From positions 13,772 through 77,771 of the forward strand of contig CANRBJ010000003.1 in assembly GCA_947628815.1 (NCBI GenBank): a stretch of 64,000 nt of DNA, given 5' to 3'. This document shows, piece by piece, positions 40,055 to 49,731 of the stretch. Origin of the DNA: an uncultured Clostridia bacterium. GTDB taxonomy: Bacteria; Bacillota; Clostridia; TANB77; CAG-508. A program made the position numbers and the translations under genes. Under the pieces are notes generated by a model. The model was not told the origin of the DNA. It did no database searches and saw only the letters and a program-made list of their open reading frames with translations. Positions within the stretch are counted from its first letter, which is position 1; every line of letters begins with the position of its first letter.

Positions 40055-41194
40055 ATGAAGAAAAAAATATTAGTAAGTTTAATTTTATTAACACTTTGCT
40101 TAAATGTAACTATGTTTTCTTTTGCAACTTCTGTTACTGATTTACAAAACCAAAAAAATGAAGCAGAAGATAAAAAAGATGAATTAGAAGATCAAAAAGA
40201 AGAAGTAGAAGCAAAAAAGAGTGAAGCACTATCAAAAATTGAAGAATTAAGTTCACAAATTTCAGAAAGTGAATCAAATTTAAAAGATTTAAACAATAAA
40301 GTAAAAGAATTAGAAGCATCAATTAAAGATAAAGAAAATGAACTACAAGAGGCCGAAGAAAAACAACAAGAACAAGAAGAAACATTAGAAAAAAGACTAA
40401 TTGCGCAATATAAAACTGGAAAAGTTTCATATTGGAGTCTTATACTAAACCCAAGTGGTTTCTTAGATTTCTTTTCTAATCTACATAATATAGAAAAAAT
40501 TGCAAAATTAGATGCAGAATTAATAGACAATATTAAACAAGATAAAGCGAAAATTCAAGCAGCTAAGGACGAATTAAGTGCTAAAAAAAGTGAAGTAAAA
40601 GCAGCTAAAGTAGATGCAGAAAAAGAAAATGTAATATTAAAAAATGCAAAAGCTACAAAAAATAGTGAAGTACAAAAGTTATCAGAAGAAGAAAAACAAA
40701 TTCAACAACAAATAGATGAATACGACCAAATGATGAGTGATTTACAAGCTAAAATTAAGGCAGCACAATCAAGTAGTGGTTCTAGTTCAGTGCCATATAA
40801 TGGTGTTATGCAATGGCCAGTTCCAAGTTCTAGTAAAATTAACTCTTATTATGGATATAGAATACATCCAATTTATCATGTGAATAAATTACATACAGGA
40901 ATTGATATTGGAGGGGCACCATGGGGAGCACCATTTGTAGCAGCAGATGATGGAACAGTAATTTTAGCAAGAGAATATGGCGGATATGGAAAATGTGTTA
41001 TTATAGATCATGGTGGAGGAATTAGTACATTATACGGACATGGTTCAGCAATTTATGTATCTGAAGGTCAAAAGGTAACAAGGGGTCAAAATGTATTAGC
41101 AATTGGATCTTCTGGTCTTTCAACAGGAAAGCATGCTCATTTTGAAGTAAGGGTAAATGGTTCGCCAGTGGATCCATTACCATATGTTACATAA
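40055..41194 (+). CDS. M23-family peptidoglycan hydrolase with N-terminal coiled coil (EnvC/PcsB-like FtsEX partner)
   Basis: 379 aa. Signal peptide, long heptad-rich region, LytM motifs HTGIDIGG and GKHAHFEV. Confidence 0.85.
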   Translation: MKKKILVSLILLTLCLNVTMFSFATSVTDLQNQKNEAEDKKDELEDQKEEVEAKKSEALSKIEELSSQISESESNLKDLNNKVKELEASIKDKENELQEAEEKQQEQEETLEKRLIAQYKTGKVSYWSLILNPSGFLDFFSNLHNIEKIAKLDAELIDNIKQDKAKIQAAKDELSAKKSEVKAAKVDAEKENVILKNAKATKNSEVQKLSEEEKQIQQQIDEYDQMMSDLQAKIKAAQSSSGSSSVPYNGVMQWPVPSSSKINSYYGYRIHPIYHVNKLHTGIDIGGAPWGAPFVAADDGTVILAREYGGYGKCVIIDHGGGISTLYGHGSAIYVSEGQKVTRGQNVLAIGSSGLSTGKHAHFEVRVNGSPVDPLPYVT

Positions 41195-41203
41195 AAATAA
41201 AAA

Positions 41204-41240
41204 GAAATTAGGACGGAAGGAACAAGTACGTCCTAATTTC
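41204..41240 (+). terminator. 12-bp hairpin after the M23 peptidase gene (no clear U-tract)
   Basis: GAAATTAGGACG / CGTCCTAATTTC. Confidence 0.45.
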
Positions 41241-41375
41241 ACATCTATCAAAATGTAAGAGGAAACAAAAGACTTTAATTTATAAAGTCTAATATTATTT
41301 TGTGTAATTTTTATAAAATTATACTATAAATTAAAAAATGTAGTATAATATTAAAAAAAGTTTTAGGAGGAAAAA

Positions 41376-42584
41376 ATGGAACAACAAAAAAAAGGAAATG
41401 TTTATAAAATTATTATGCTAATTGTATTAGTGGCTGTAATTACGTTTATTGCTACTACATTATTTATGTATCAATATACTGGAGACAATATAAAATATGT
41501 GCCGATTGTTTCAAAAGATAGTAATATTTCAAATACACTTGCAAGTTTTAGAAAAATAATTGATCAAAAATTTTTAGGTGAAATAGATGAACAAAATATG
41601 CTGAATGAGACTATAAAAGGTTATATAAAAGGACTTGGAGATCCATATACAGAGTATATGACAAAAGAAGAAATGGAAGAATTTAATACAGATGTTATGG
41701 GAAATTTCACAGGAATAGGTATATATTTAACCCAAGATGTAGAAACAAATTCAATACTAATTATTTCACCAATAAAAGATAGCCCTGCTTATAAAGCAGG
41801 AATAATGCCAGGAGATATTATAACAAAGGTGGATGGAATAAGTTACACAGGAGAACAATTAACAGAGGTTTCAAACAAAATAAAAGGGGAAACGGGGTCT
41901 GTAGTAAAACTAGAAATATTAAGAGATGGAAAAACTATAGAGTTAGAAGTAACAAGAGAGCAAATAAAAATTAATCATGTAGAAAGCAAAGTAATAAACA
42001 ATACAATTGGATATATTGAATTTAATTCTTTCGACGAAGGTTGTAGTGGTGAATTTAAAGAAAAATTAGAGGAACTAAAAAGTAAAAACATCACATCACT
42101 TATAATAGATATAAGAAACAATGGTGGAGGTCTTGTTGATGAAGCATTAGAAATAGCAGATTCACTTATTCCAAAAGACGCAACATTGTTAATTACTACC
42201 GATAAAAATGGAAAAGAAGAAATAACAAAAGCAGAAATAGATTCATTAATAGATGTACCAATAGTACTATTAACAAATGGAAGTTCAGCAAGTGCATCTG
42301 AAATATTAGCAGGAGCATTAAAGGATAATAAAAAGGCAACAATTGTAGGAGAAAAAACATATGGTAAAGGAGTAATTCAAGAATTATTAACACTAAATGA
42401 TGGAAGCGGATTAAAGATAACAACAAATGAATACTTCACTCCAAATCGTAACAAAATTAATAAGGTTGGAATTATACCAGATGTAGAAGTAAAACTAGAT
42501 GAAGAGTTAGAAGATGAATTAGTAATTGAAGAAGATAAAGACAATCAACTACAAAAGGCAATTGAAGTATTAACAAAAAAATAA
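41376..42584 (+). CDS. S41-family carboxy-terminal processing protease (PDZ domain)
   Basis: 402 aa. N-terminal TM anchor, PDZ (SPAYKAGIMPGDIITKVDG), catalytic GSSASASEILAGAL and YGKGVIQ. Confidence 0.88.
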   Translation: MEQQKKGNVYKIIMLIVLVAVITFIATTLFMYQYTGDNIKYVPIVSKDSNISNTLASFRKIIDQKFLGEIDEQNMLNETIKGYIKGLGDPYTEYMTKEEMEEFNTDVMGNFTGIGIYLTQDVETNSILIISPIKDSPAYKAGIMPGDIITKVDGISYTGEQLTEVSNKIKGETGSVVKLEILRDGKTIELEVTREQIKINHVESKVINNTIGYIEFNSFDEGCSGEFKEKLEELKSKNITSLIIDIRNNGGGLVDEALEIADSLIPKDATLLITTDKNGKEEITKAEIDSLIDVPIVLLTNGSSASASEILAGALKDNKKATIVGEKTYGKGVIQELLTLNDGSGLKITTNEYFTPNRNKINKVGIIPDVEVKLDEELEDELVIEEDKDNQLQKAIEVLTKK

Positions 42585-42624
42585 AAGGCAAAAAAGTAAG
42601 CAAATAAAAAAGGTAGCGTTTAAG

Positions 42625-43498
42625 CTACTTTTTTTTGCTAACATATTCATTTATCCAATTCGAATAGAATTTAATTGCATTATCTTTCCAAGAAAAATCT
42701 GGAATATCGTTTTTATAATAATTTTTAGGTTTTTCAATAGGTAAACCTGCTAACAAATCTCTTTTATATTCATTATCCAGTGTATACATATCATATTCTA
42801 AATGGCCAGTTATAAAAATTTGAGTTTTTGATGTATTTTCTACAATAAAAACACCAGCCTCATCCGATTTTGAAACTAAATTTAACTCATGCTTTTCTAA
42901 AATATCAGTTTCATTAATTCCAGTATGTCTAGAATGTGGAGCCTTAAAATTTTGACTTAATCCATTAACAATTGGTGAATTATCATCTAAAATTTTATGT
43001 TCAAACACACCAAACATTTTATTAGGCAATAGATGTTTGCAAATACCATAATGATAAAACAAACCGAGCTTGAGCTCCCCAACAAATATGAATAGTAGAT
43101 TTACAATGTAATTTTGTCCATTCCATAATTTTAGTTAGTTCATTCCAATAAGTTACATCATTAAAATCCATTTGTTCAACAGGAGCGCCAGTTATAATAA
43201 AACCATCAAAAATTTTATCCTTAATTTCATCAAATGTAGAATAAAACTTCTCCAAGTATTCAATACTAGTATTTTTAGGTTTATGAGATACTACATTAAT
43301 AAATGTAATCTTAATTTTTTCACAAGTATTAGATAATTGCCTTAACAATTGAATTTCTGTATCCTCTTTTTTAGGCATCAGATTCAAAATCCCAATTTCA
43401 AGTAAGTTACTAGATAAATCACTTTCCTCAATAATTTGAATATGTTCGTTTTTTAAAATTTGATTTGCAGCTAAACCTTCCTTAGTAAAGAGTGGCAT
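42625..43498 (-). CDS. metA: homoserine O-acyltransferase MetA; +1 frame change at in-frame CGG (complement 43064..43066)
   Basis: ATG 43498 (MPLFTKEGLAAN), with GGTGA RBS. ...HICWGAQA-CGG; +1 gives GLFYHYGICKHLLPNKMFGVFEH... (ORF 42625..43062). Confidence 0.85.
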
Positions 43499-43679
43499 AT
43501 TAATCACCATTTTTTATAATATATAACAAAAAACACATAGTTATATGTTTTTGTATATATATATTACCACTATTTAAATAATATTACAAGACAAAAATCA
43601 AATTAATATGCAAGTACTAAAAATATTGAAATCTAAGGAATTTTTCAACGAAAAAAATCATACAAACAACAAAAAAAGA

Positions 43680-43708
43680 TTGAAAAAAAAATTAAATTAT
43701 AATATAAT
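43680..43708 (+). promoter_or_regulatory. promoter of the restriction-modification operon (TTGAAA-17 nt-TATAAT)
   Basis: TTGAAA 43680..43685, TATAAT 43703..43708. Confidence 0.5.
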
Positions 43709-43745
43709 AATTTAAATAAAACTATGTTTGGAGGAAAATAATGAT

Positions 43746-43832
43746 ATGCCATCTCATAAAGATGGAAAGGTGTGGAAGTTTAAACTTTCAGAATTAGATA
43801 AATGGATAAAAAGTGGAAAAAGTGCACTTTAA
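43746..43832 (+). pseudogene. 28-codon remnant resembling the C-terminal half of an excisionase/MerR-type HTH_17 DNA-binding domain
   Basis: MPSHKDGKVWKFKLSELDKWIKSGKSAL matches the ...P..K.G..W.F..SELD.W... tail of the family. The helix-turn-helix part is missing. GGAGGAAAA RBS upstream. Confidence 0.4.
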
Positions 43833-43849
43833 AAATAGGAGAAGTAGAT

Positions 43850-44788
43850 ATGAAAATATTATCATTATTTAGTGGATGCGGTGGATTAGATCAAGGTTTT
43901 TTAAAAGCAGGTTTTAATATTGTATGGGCAAATGATTTTGATAAATATGCTGTAGAAACATATAAAGCAAACTTTGGAAATAATATTGTGTTACAAGATA
44001 TAAATAAAATAGATTTTGATGAATTACCAGATTTTGATATGTTAATAGGAGGATTTCCATGCCAACCATTCAGTATGATGGGAGAAGAAAAGGGATTTGA
44101 GGACACAAGAGGAACATTGTTTTTTAAAATTGCTGAAATAATAAAATATAAAATTGAAAAAAATGAAAAACCAAAAGTTATAGTATTAGAAAATGTACGT
44201 TCTTTAAAAACTCATGATAATGGAAAGACATTTAAAACAATAAAAAGAATATTGGAAAAAGATTTGAGGTATAAAGTATACTCAGATATATTAAATTCTG
44301 CTGATTATGGAACTCCTCAAACAAGAAATAGAACATATATTGTTTGTTTTGATAACAAGAATATAGAATTTGAATTTCCTAAAAAACAAAAATTAAATTT
44401 AACACTTCAAGACCTATTGGAAAAAAATGTTGATAATAAATATTTTTTATCAGAAAAAATTATACCTACTATATTATCGAACGGAACAGGAGGGTATAAT
44501 GCAAAATCTGAAATAGATTTAAAAATAGCTAGACCTTTGTGTGCAACAATGGCTAAAATGCATCGTGCTTGTCAAGATAATTATGTTACACAGGAAAATA
44601 GAATAAGAAGATTAACTCCTAGAGAATGCGCAAGATTACAAGGATTTAGTGATGATTTTGTTATTCCAGTATCTGATACACAGGCATATAAACAATTTGG
44701 TAATGCAGTAACAGTTAATGTATCGTATGCAGTGGCCAATCAAATCAAGGATTCTTTAAATAAATTAGGAGAGTGGAATAATGATTAA
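43850..44788 (+). CDS. DNA (cytosine-5)-methyltransferase, M1 of a LlaJI-like system
   Basis: ORF track 43802..44788. ATG 43850 after AGGAG. Motif I LFSGCGGLDQGF, motif IV GGFPCQPFS, ENV, QTRNR, C-terminal RRLTPRECARLQGF and GNAV. Confidence 0.92.
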   Translation: MKILSLFSGCGGLDQGFLKAGFNIVWANDFDKYAVETYKANFGNNIVLQDINKIDFDELPDFDMLIGGFPCQPFSMMGEEKGFEDTRGTLFFKIAEIIKYKIEKNEKPKVIVLENVRSLKTHDNGKTFKTIKRILEKDLRYKVYSDILNSADYGTPQTRNRTYIVCFDNKNIEFEFPKKQKLNLTLQDLLEKNVDNKYFLSEKIIPTILSNGTGGYNAKSEIDLKIARPLCATMAKMHRACQDNYVTQENRIRRLTPRECARLQGFSDDFVIPVSDTQAYKQFGNAVTVNVSYAVANQIKDSLNKLGEWNND

Positions 44789-46217
44789 AAAGTATGAAAA
44801 TGATAAAAAAGAGATTATTAGTATATTAGAAGAACTATATAATAATGATATAGAATGTGTTGGATCAAAAGAGGATGCTTTAAAGTATTTATGTGCGAAA
44901 ATAGAAGATGAATATCTAAATGAAAGAATGCAATATTTTATGAATAATCTACCTAACTCACAAGAAAATAAGTTAGCATCTTTATATAAGGAATTCTGTA
45001 AAGAAAAGAAATGTGATGAATGTCCATTATCAAAATATTGCAATTATAATATAAAAAATAAAAGAAGAAAATTTGATAAAAAAGCACCAACAATGATTGA
45101 TTTGTTTTGTGGGGCAGGAGGATTATCATTAGGATTTACACAAGCCGGTTTTATTGTGGCTTTAGCTAATGACATAGAAGAATGTTGTATTGATACTTAT
45201 TCACATAATCATCCAGAACTTCCAAGAAAATATGTTGTTTGTGGAGATATTAATAATATTTTAAAAAATGTAAATAAACTAAAAAGATTTGAAAAAATTG
45301 ATTTAGTAGTAGGTGGACCTCCTTGTCAAGGATTTAGCATGGCAAATAGGCAAAGGATAATAGATGATCCAAGAAATAAACTATATAAAAGTTATGTTAA
45401 AGTTGTAGAAAGTGTAGAACCTAAATTTTTTTTAATGGAAAATGTTAAAGGAATGTATTCAGTAGCTGAACAAATAAAAGAAGATTTTGAGAGGATAGGG
45501 TATAAGGTTTCTTGTAGAATTTTAAATGCAAAAGATTTTGGAATACCACAAAATAGAGAAAGACTAATTTTTATTGGAAATAATTTAGAATATAACAATG
45601 AAGAAATATTTAATCAAATTGAAAAAAAATCTAAGTTAATTCCAAATTTTGTTTTGAAAGATGCCTTATATGGACTTAGAAAATTAGAAGCTTTACAGGA
45701 AAAAAATGCTACAGAAAAAGATACAGTTAATTCAGGAAAGAAAATTGAAAAAAATAATACAGAAGAATTAAATGAATATTTGAAGATTATAAATGAAAAC
45801 AAAAAAAACAGATTAATTTTTAATCATAAAGCAAGATATAATAATGAAAGAGATATAGAAATATTCAGAAGATTAAATCAAGGAGATAAGTCGGATGATC
45901 CAAAGATTGCGGATATTATGCCATATAAAAATAGAAGTGATATATTTAAAGACAAATATTTTAAATTAGAGAATAATAAAGTTTGTAAAACAATTACAGC
46001 ACATATGAAATTTGATTGTAATATGTATATTCATCCTACACAAGCTAGAGGATTAACTCCAAGAGAAGCTGCAAGAGTACAATCTTATCCAGATGATTAT
46101 TTTTTTAGGGGGGCATATACAAAAACATATATGCAAGTAGGAAATTCGGTCCCACCTTTGTTGGGAAGAACAATAGCACAAGTTATAAAAAAATATATAA
46201 GAGGTGATAAACAATGA
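44781..46217 (+). CDS. DNA (cytosine-5)-methyltransferase, M2, with a ~100-aa Cys-containing N-terminal extension
   Basis: 478 aa. DLFCGAGGLSLGF, GGPPCQGFS, ENV, QNRER, RGLTPREAARVQSYPD, GNSVPP. N-terminal CKEKKCDECPLSKYC. Overlaps M1 by 8 nt. Confidence 0.92.
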   Translation: MIKKYENDKKEIISILEELYNNDIECVGSKEDALKYLCAKIEDEYLNERMQYFMNNLPNSQENKLASLYKEFCKEKKCDECPLSKYCNYNIKNKRRKFDKKAPTMIDLFCGAGGLSLGFTQAGFIVALANDIEECCIDTYSHNHPELPRKYVVCGDINNILKNVNKLKRFEKIDLVVGGPPCQGFSMANRQRIIDDPRNKLYKSYVKVVESVEPKFFLMENVKGMYSVAEQIKEDFERIGYKVSCRILNAKDFGIPQNRERLIFIGNNLEYNNEEIFNQIEKKSKLIPNFVLKDALYGLRKLEALQEKNATEKDTVNSGKKIEKNNTEELNEYLKIINENKKNRLIFNHKARYNNERDIEIFRRLNQGDKSDDPKIADIMPYKNRSDIFKDKYFKLENNKVCKTITAHMKFDCNMYIHPTQARGLTPREAARVQSYPDDYFFRGAYTKTYMQVGNSVPPLLGRTIAQVIKKYIRGDKQ

Positions 46218-47890
46218 ACTTTGATGAAGCTATAGAAAATATAAAAAAAGTACTAGAAGATACAGGAACTAATATAAAAAAAGAAGAGTATGATGGAATA
46301 ATTGTAAAAAAATTAGAAGCAAGTAATACGCTTGATGAGGGTAGGACAACCAAGCAAACACATATTGCTATTACTGGAGAACAAATGAATATGTTTCCAT
46401 ATTTAAGAGCAGATGGATATTTTGAGAAGGATTCTGAAGGTATGAAAAAATATTTTGTTATGCAAATACCTGTTATACTTAAAGAAAGTAATATTAAATA
46501 TTTAAATAAAAGTGAGAAGATAGATATTGTATTTGAAACTGAAAGCATAAATACATATGCATCAATAGTAAGAAGTAAAAGAACATCACAAGCTGATCAA
46601 ATTCAAATGTCACTAACTACTTTAGATGATAAAAATTTTATAAAGTTTAGGAAAATGCTACATATTGGTTCGTATTTAATTGTTTTAAAAAAATATAAAA
46701 AATTTGAATATGAATGCTATGGTATATTACCAGACTATGATAATGATAAAATTCAACAGTTAAATAATAAATTTTTTAGTATATCAACTAATACTATAGT
46801 ATACGCAGATGAGTTGATTTATAATGAAAAGAGTGAAAGTATTAATAAATACCTTTCACCAGAATGGTTTAGAGAAAAAGCTTTTACTGGATATAAGAGT
46901 GCTTTTTCACATAATAGAATTATCTTTGGAGCACCAGGAACAGGAAAGAGTTATAGATTAAATAAAGACCGCGAAGAATTATTAAAAGATGGAAATGAAG
47001 AAAATTATGAGCGTGTTACATTCCATCCAGATTACTCTTATGCTAATTTTGTAGGAACATATAAGCCCATTCCATACAAAAAAGAAGATGGAGAGGAAGG
47101 AATAACATATGAATATGTTCCAGGGCCATTTATGCGTATTTATGTTGAGGCATTAAAAAATAGTAAAACCGATAATGTTAAACCATATTTATTAATAATA
47201 GAAGAAATAAATAGAGCAAATGTTGCAGCGGTATTTGGAGATGTTTTTCAATTACTAGATCGTGATGAGAATAATGTAAGCGAATATCCTATAGAGGCTT
47301 CTGAAGATGTAAAAAAATATCTTGCTAAAGAATTAGGAGGAACACCAAGTAATTATAAAAAAATATATATACCAGATAATATGTTTATATGGGCAACTAT
47401 GAATAGTGCAGATCAAGGCGTATACCCTATGGACACAGCTTTTAAAAGAAGATGGGAATTTAGTTATTTAGGAATAGATGAAAAAGAAGAGGAAATAGCT
47501 AATAGATATATTATACTTGGAAATGCAGGATACAGACGCAAAGTAGAATGGAATAAATTAAGAAAAGCAATAAATAATAAATTAAGTTCTTTCAAAGTAA
47601 ATGAAGACAAGCTTTTAGGACCATATTTTGTTTCATCAAAAGCTATTAAAGCAGATGAAAAAGGAGAGATAGATAAAGATGTGTTTGTGCCTATATTTAA
47701 AGGGAAAGTTTTAATGTATTTGTTTGAGGATGCAGCTAAACAAAGAAGAGAATCATTATTTTCATTAGAAGATAAAAATATTAAATATTCTTCAATATGT
47801 AAAGAATTTGATGAAAAGGGAGTATATGTATTTAATGCTGAAATTAGCAAGGAGTTCGAAAAAGATATTGTTGAGGAGGAGAATGAATGA
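46214..47890 (+). CDS. McrB-like AAA+ GTPase restriction subunit (LlaJI.R1-like) with a distinct ~230-aa N-terminal domain
   Basis: 558 aa. GAPGTGKS, LLIIEEINRANVAAVFGD, WATMNSADQG (NTAD-type), DTAFKRRWEF. ATGA overlap with M2. Confidence 0.88.
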   Translation: MNFDEAIENIKKVLEDTGTNIKKEEYDGIIVKKLEASNTLDEGRTTKQTHIAITGEQMNMFPYLRADGYFEKDSEGMKKYFVMQIPVILKESNIKYLNKSEKIDIVFETESINTYASIVRSKRTSQADQIQMSLTTLDDKNFIKFRKMLHIGSYLIVLKKYKKFEYECYGILPDYDNDKIQQLNNKFFSISTNTIVYADELIYNEKSESINKYLSPEWFREKAFTGYKSAFSHNRIIFGAPGTGKSYRLNKDREELLKDGNEENYERVTFHPDYSYANFVGTYKPIPYKKEDGEEGITYEYVPGPFMRIYVEALKNSKTDNVKPYLLIIEEINRANVAAVFGDVFQLLDRDENNVSEYPIEASEDVKKYLAKELGGTPSNYKKIYIPDNMFIWATMNSADQGVYPMDTAFKRRWEFSYLGIDEKEEEIANRYIILGNAGYRRKVEWNKLRKAINNKLSSFKVNEDKLLGPYFVSSKAIKADEKGEIDKDVFVPIFKGKVLMYLFEDAAKQRRESLFSLEDKNIKYSSICKEFDEKGVYVFNAEISKEFEKDIVEEENE

Positions 47891-49344
47891 TATCTAAATT
47901 TATACAGGAACAAAAAAGATATACTCAAAACCAATTATGTAATTTATTAAAAGAAGAATCAGAAGAAAATCTTATTTCTATCATAAGAAAATTAAAAGAA
48001 TATGGTATTTTAAAATTAGTAAAGGCAAATGATTTTCAAAGAGATATGACTGATTTAGTGGAGGAAGATGTCGAAATTACTGATATTGAAATAGGAGAAA
48101 ATGATTTTTATTATGTGTTTACTTTTGTGGGAATAGTTATTGTTGCAGGTAAGATATTAAAGTGTTATCCCAAATATATATCTAGCAATCTTGAACCAAT
48201 AAAAGAGTTGAAGCAAATCATAAAAGTACTTGAAAAATATAATTCAAAAGAACAAATAATACATATGTTTAATGGATATGGTGATACTAGAACATTTAAC
48301 TTATTAGCATTACAACTTTTTTTACTTAATGATTACTATGAAAATGGGTTGTATACAAATTCAAATAATATAATTGAAACAAACGGAACTGGAGAAATTT
48401 GTTGGGATAAAACTATAAATGAAACATTTGCACTATTAAATAATAATAGGCCATATTACATTGAGCTTCAGACAAAGAAAAATGTAGAAAATGAAAAGGA
48501 TTATATAAAGAGATTACATGAAATTGTTTTAAGTAAAATATCCAAAGAATTGGAGAAAGCAGATTTGTTGGAATTATTTGAAATCACAGAAATAGATCTT
48601 TCAGATGAAAATTTATCTGCTTTAGGAGATACTGATTATATATTATATCGTATTGAAAATGAATTAAATACTCAATATAATACCAGAAAGCAGCTTTTAT
48701 TAAAAGCGTTATATGCATATGTAAATAAAAGTGGACATTTATATGATTTAGATTGCTTTTCAATGTTTGGAACTAATAGTTTTAATCTTGTATGGGAAAA
48801 GGTTTGTGCAGATATATTAAACAATAACTTAAACACTTCTCTTTCAAAATTGGAACTTCCAATTAAACTTAATGAAAAATACAATAAAAATGATAAATTA
48901 ATAGATATTATTGAGAAACCATTATGGAGTGTACCAGATATTAGAGCAAATAAAACTTTAATTCCAGATTTAATATCTATTTATAAGAAAAATGATCAAT
49001 ATAGTTTTGTAATATTTGATGCAAAATATTATACTACAGTTTTGGAAGAAGGAGGTATACTAAGAGGTGTGCCGGGCATTGAATCTATAACAAAACAATA
49101 TTTATACCAATTGGCTTATAAAGACTTTATATTAAAACATGGAATAACAAATGTTCAAAATTGTTTTTTAATGCCGACTGAATCGGAAGATGTTATTACC
49201 AAAGGATATGTTTCATTAGATATGTTAAATAATATAGGACTAAAAAAAATAAAAGTTAGAATGTTGCCTGCAAAACTAGCTTTTGATTGCTATATAACAG
49301 ACACTAAAATGAGTATCGAAAATTTAAAACTTGATAAAGATTAA
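47887..49344 (+). CDS. McrC-like PD-(D/E)xK nuclease subunit (LlaJI.R2-like)
   Basis: 485 aa. LIPDLISIYKKNDQYSFVIFDAKYY nuclease core. ATGA overlap with the McrB-like gene. Confidence 0.8.
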   Translation: MISKFIQEQKRYTQNQLCNLLKEESEENLISIIRKLKEYGILKLVKANDFQRDMTDLVEEDVEITDIEIGENDFYYVFTFVGIVIVAGKILKCYPKYISSNLEPIKELKQIIKVLEKYNSKEQIIHMFNGYGDTRTFNLLALQLFLLNDYYENGLYTNSNNIIETNGTGEICWDKTINETFALLNNNRPYYIELQTKKNVENEKDYIKRLHEIVLSKISKELEKADLLELFEITEIDLSDENLSALGDTDYILYRIENELNTQYNTRKQLLLKALYAYVNKSGHLYDLDCFSMFGTNSFNLVWEKVCADILNNNLNTSLSKLELPIKLNEKYNKNDKLIDIIEKPLWSVPDIRANKTLIPDLISIYKKNDQYSFVIFDAKYYTTVLEEGGILRGVPGIESITKQYLYQLAYKDFILKHGITNVQNCFLMPTESEDVITKGYVSLDMLNNIGLKKIKVRMLPAKLAFDCYITDTKMSIENLKLDKD

Positions 49345-49472
49345 ACTTATATAAAGGAAACTAAATAAAAGTTTTAACAAAAGTTAAATATTCTAAGGAT
49401 GATATGAACTATTGGACTAAAATGAGTGAAGAATTTGCTTCACAAAAAAATAAAAAAAATTGAAAAATAGTA

Positions 49473-49501
49473 TTGACATATATCTCAAAATTTAGTATAC
49501 T
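49473..49501 (+). promoter_or_regulatory. promoter of the tRNA cluster (TTGACA-17 nt-TATACT)
   Basis: TTGACA 49473..49478, TATACT 49496..49501, about 20 nt upstream of tRNA-Val. Confidence 0.6.
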
Positions 49502-49521
49502 AAGCAATGTCGAAAGAACAA

Positions 49522-49597
49522 GGTCGCTTAGCTCAGCTGGGAGAGCATCTGCCTTACAAGCAGGGGGTCATAGGTTCGAGCCCTATAGCGACCACCA
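49522..49597 (+). tRNA. tRNA-Val (UAC)
   Basis: GGTCGCT acceptor, anticodon loop CTTACAA, T-arm ATAGGTTCGAGCCCTAT, encoded CCA. Confidence 0.93.
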
Positions 49598-49606
49598 TTT
49601 TTTTAC

Positions 49607-49683
49607 GGCCTGGTAGTTCAGTTGGTTAGAACGCTAGCCTGTCACGCTAGAGGTCGACGGTTCGAGCCCGTTCCAGGTCGCCA
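49607..49683 (+). tRNA. tRNA-Asp (GUC)
   Basis: GGCCTGG acceptor (one G.U), anticodon loop CTGTCAC, T-arm GACGGTTCGAGCCCGTT, encoded CCA. Confidence 0.93.
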
Positions 49684-49692
49684 TTTTTATAT

Positions 49693-49731
49693 GTCCCGAT
49701 AGCTCAGTTGGTAGAGCGAGGGACTTAAAAT
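49693..49731 (+). pseudogene. 5' half of a tRNA (acceptor 5' strand, D-arm, 5' anticodon stem and loop CTTAAAA); no 3' half
   Basis: GTCCCGATAGCTCAGTTGGTAGAGCGAGGGACTTAAAAT. The next bases (TTCATTAAC...) cannot close the anticodon stem, and no T-arm (GGTTCGA) lies before tRNA-Phe. Confidence 0.7.

Noticed and set aside
43499-43745. Searched for a SAM (S-box) riboswitch or Met T-box upstream of metA
   Set aside because: The region is almost pure A/T with no conserved S-box helices or T-box core.
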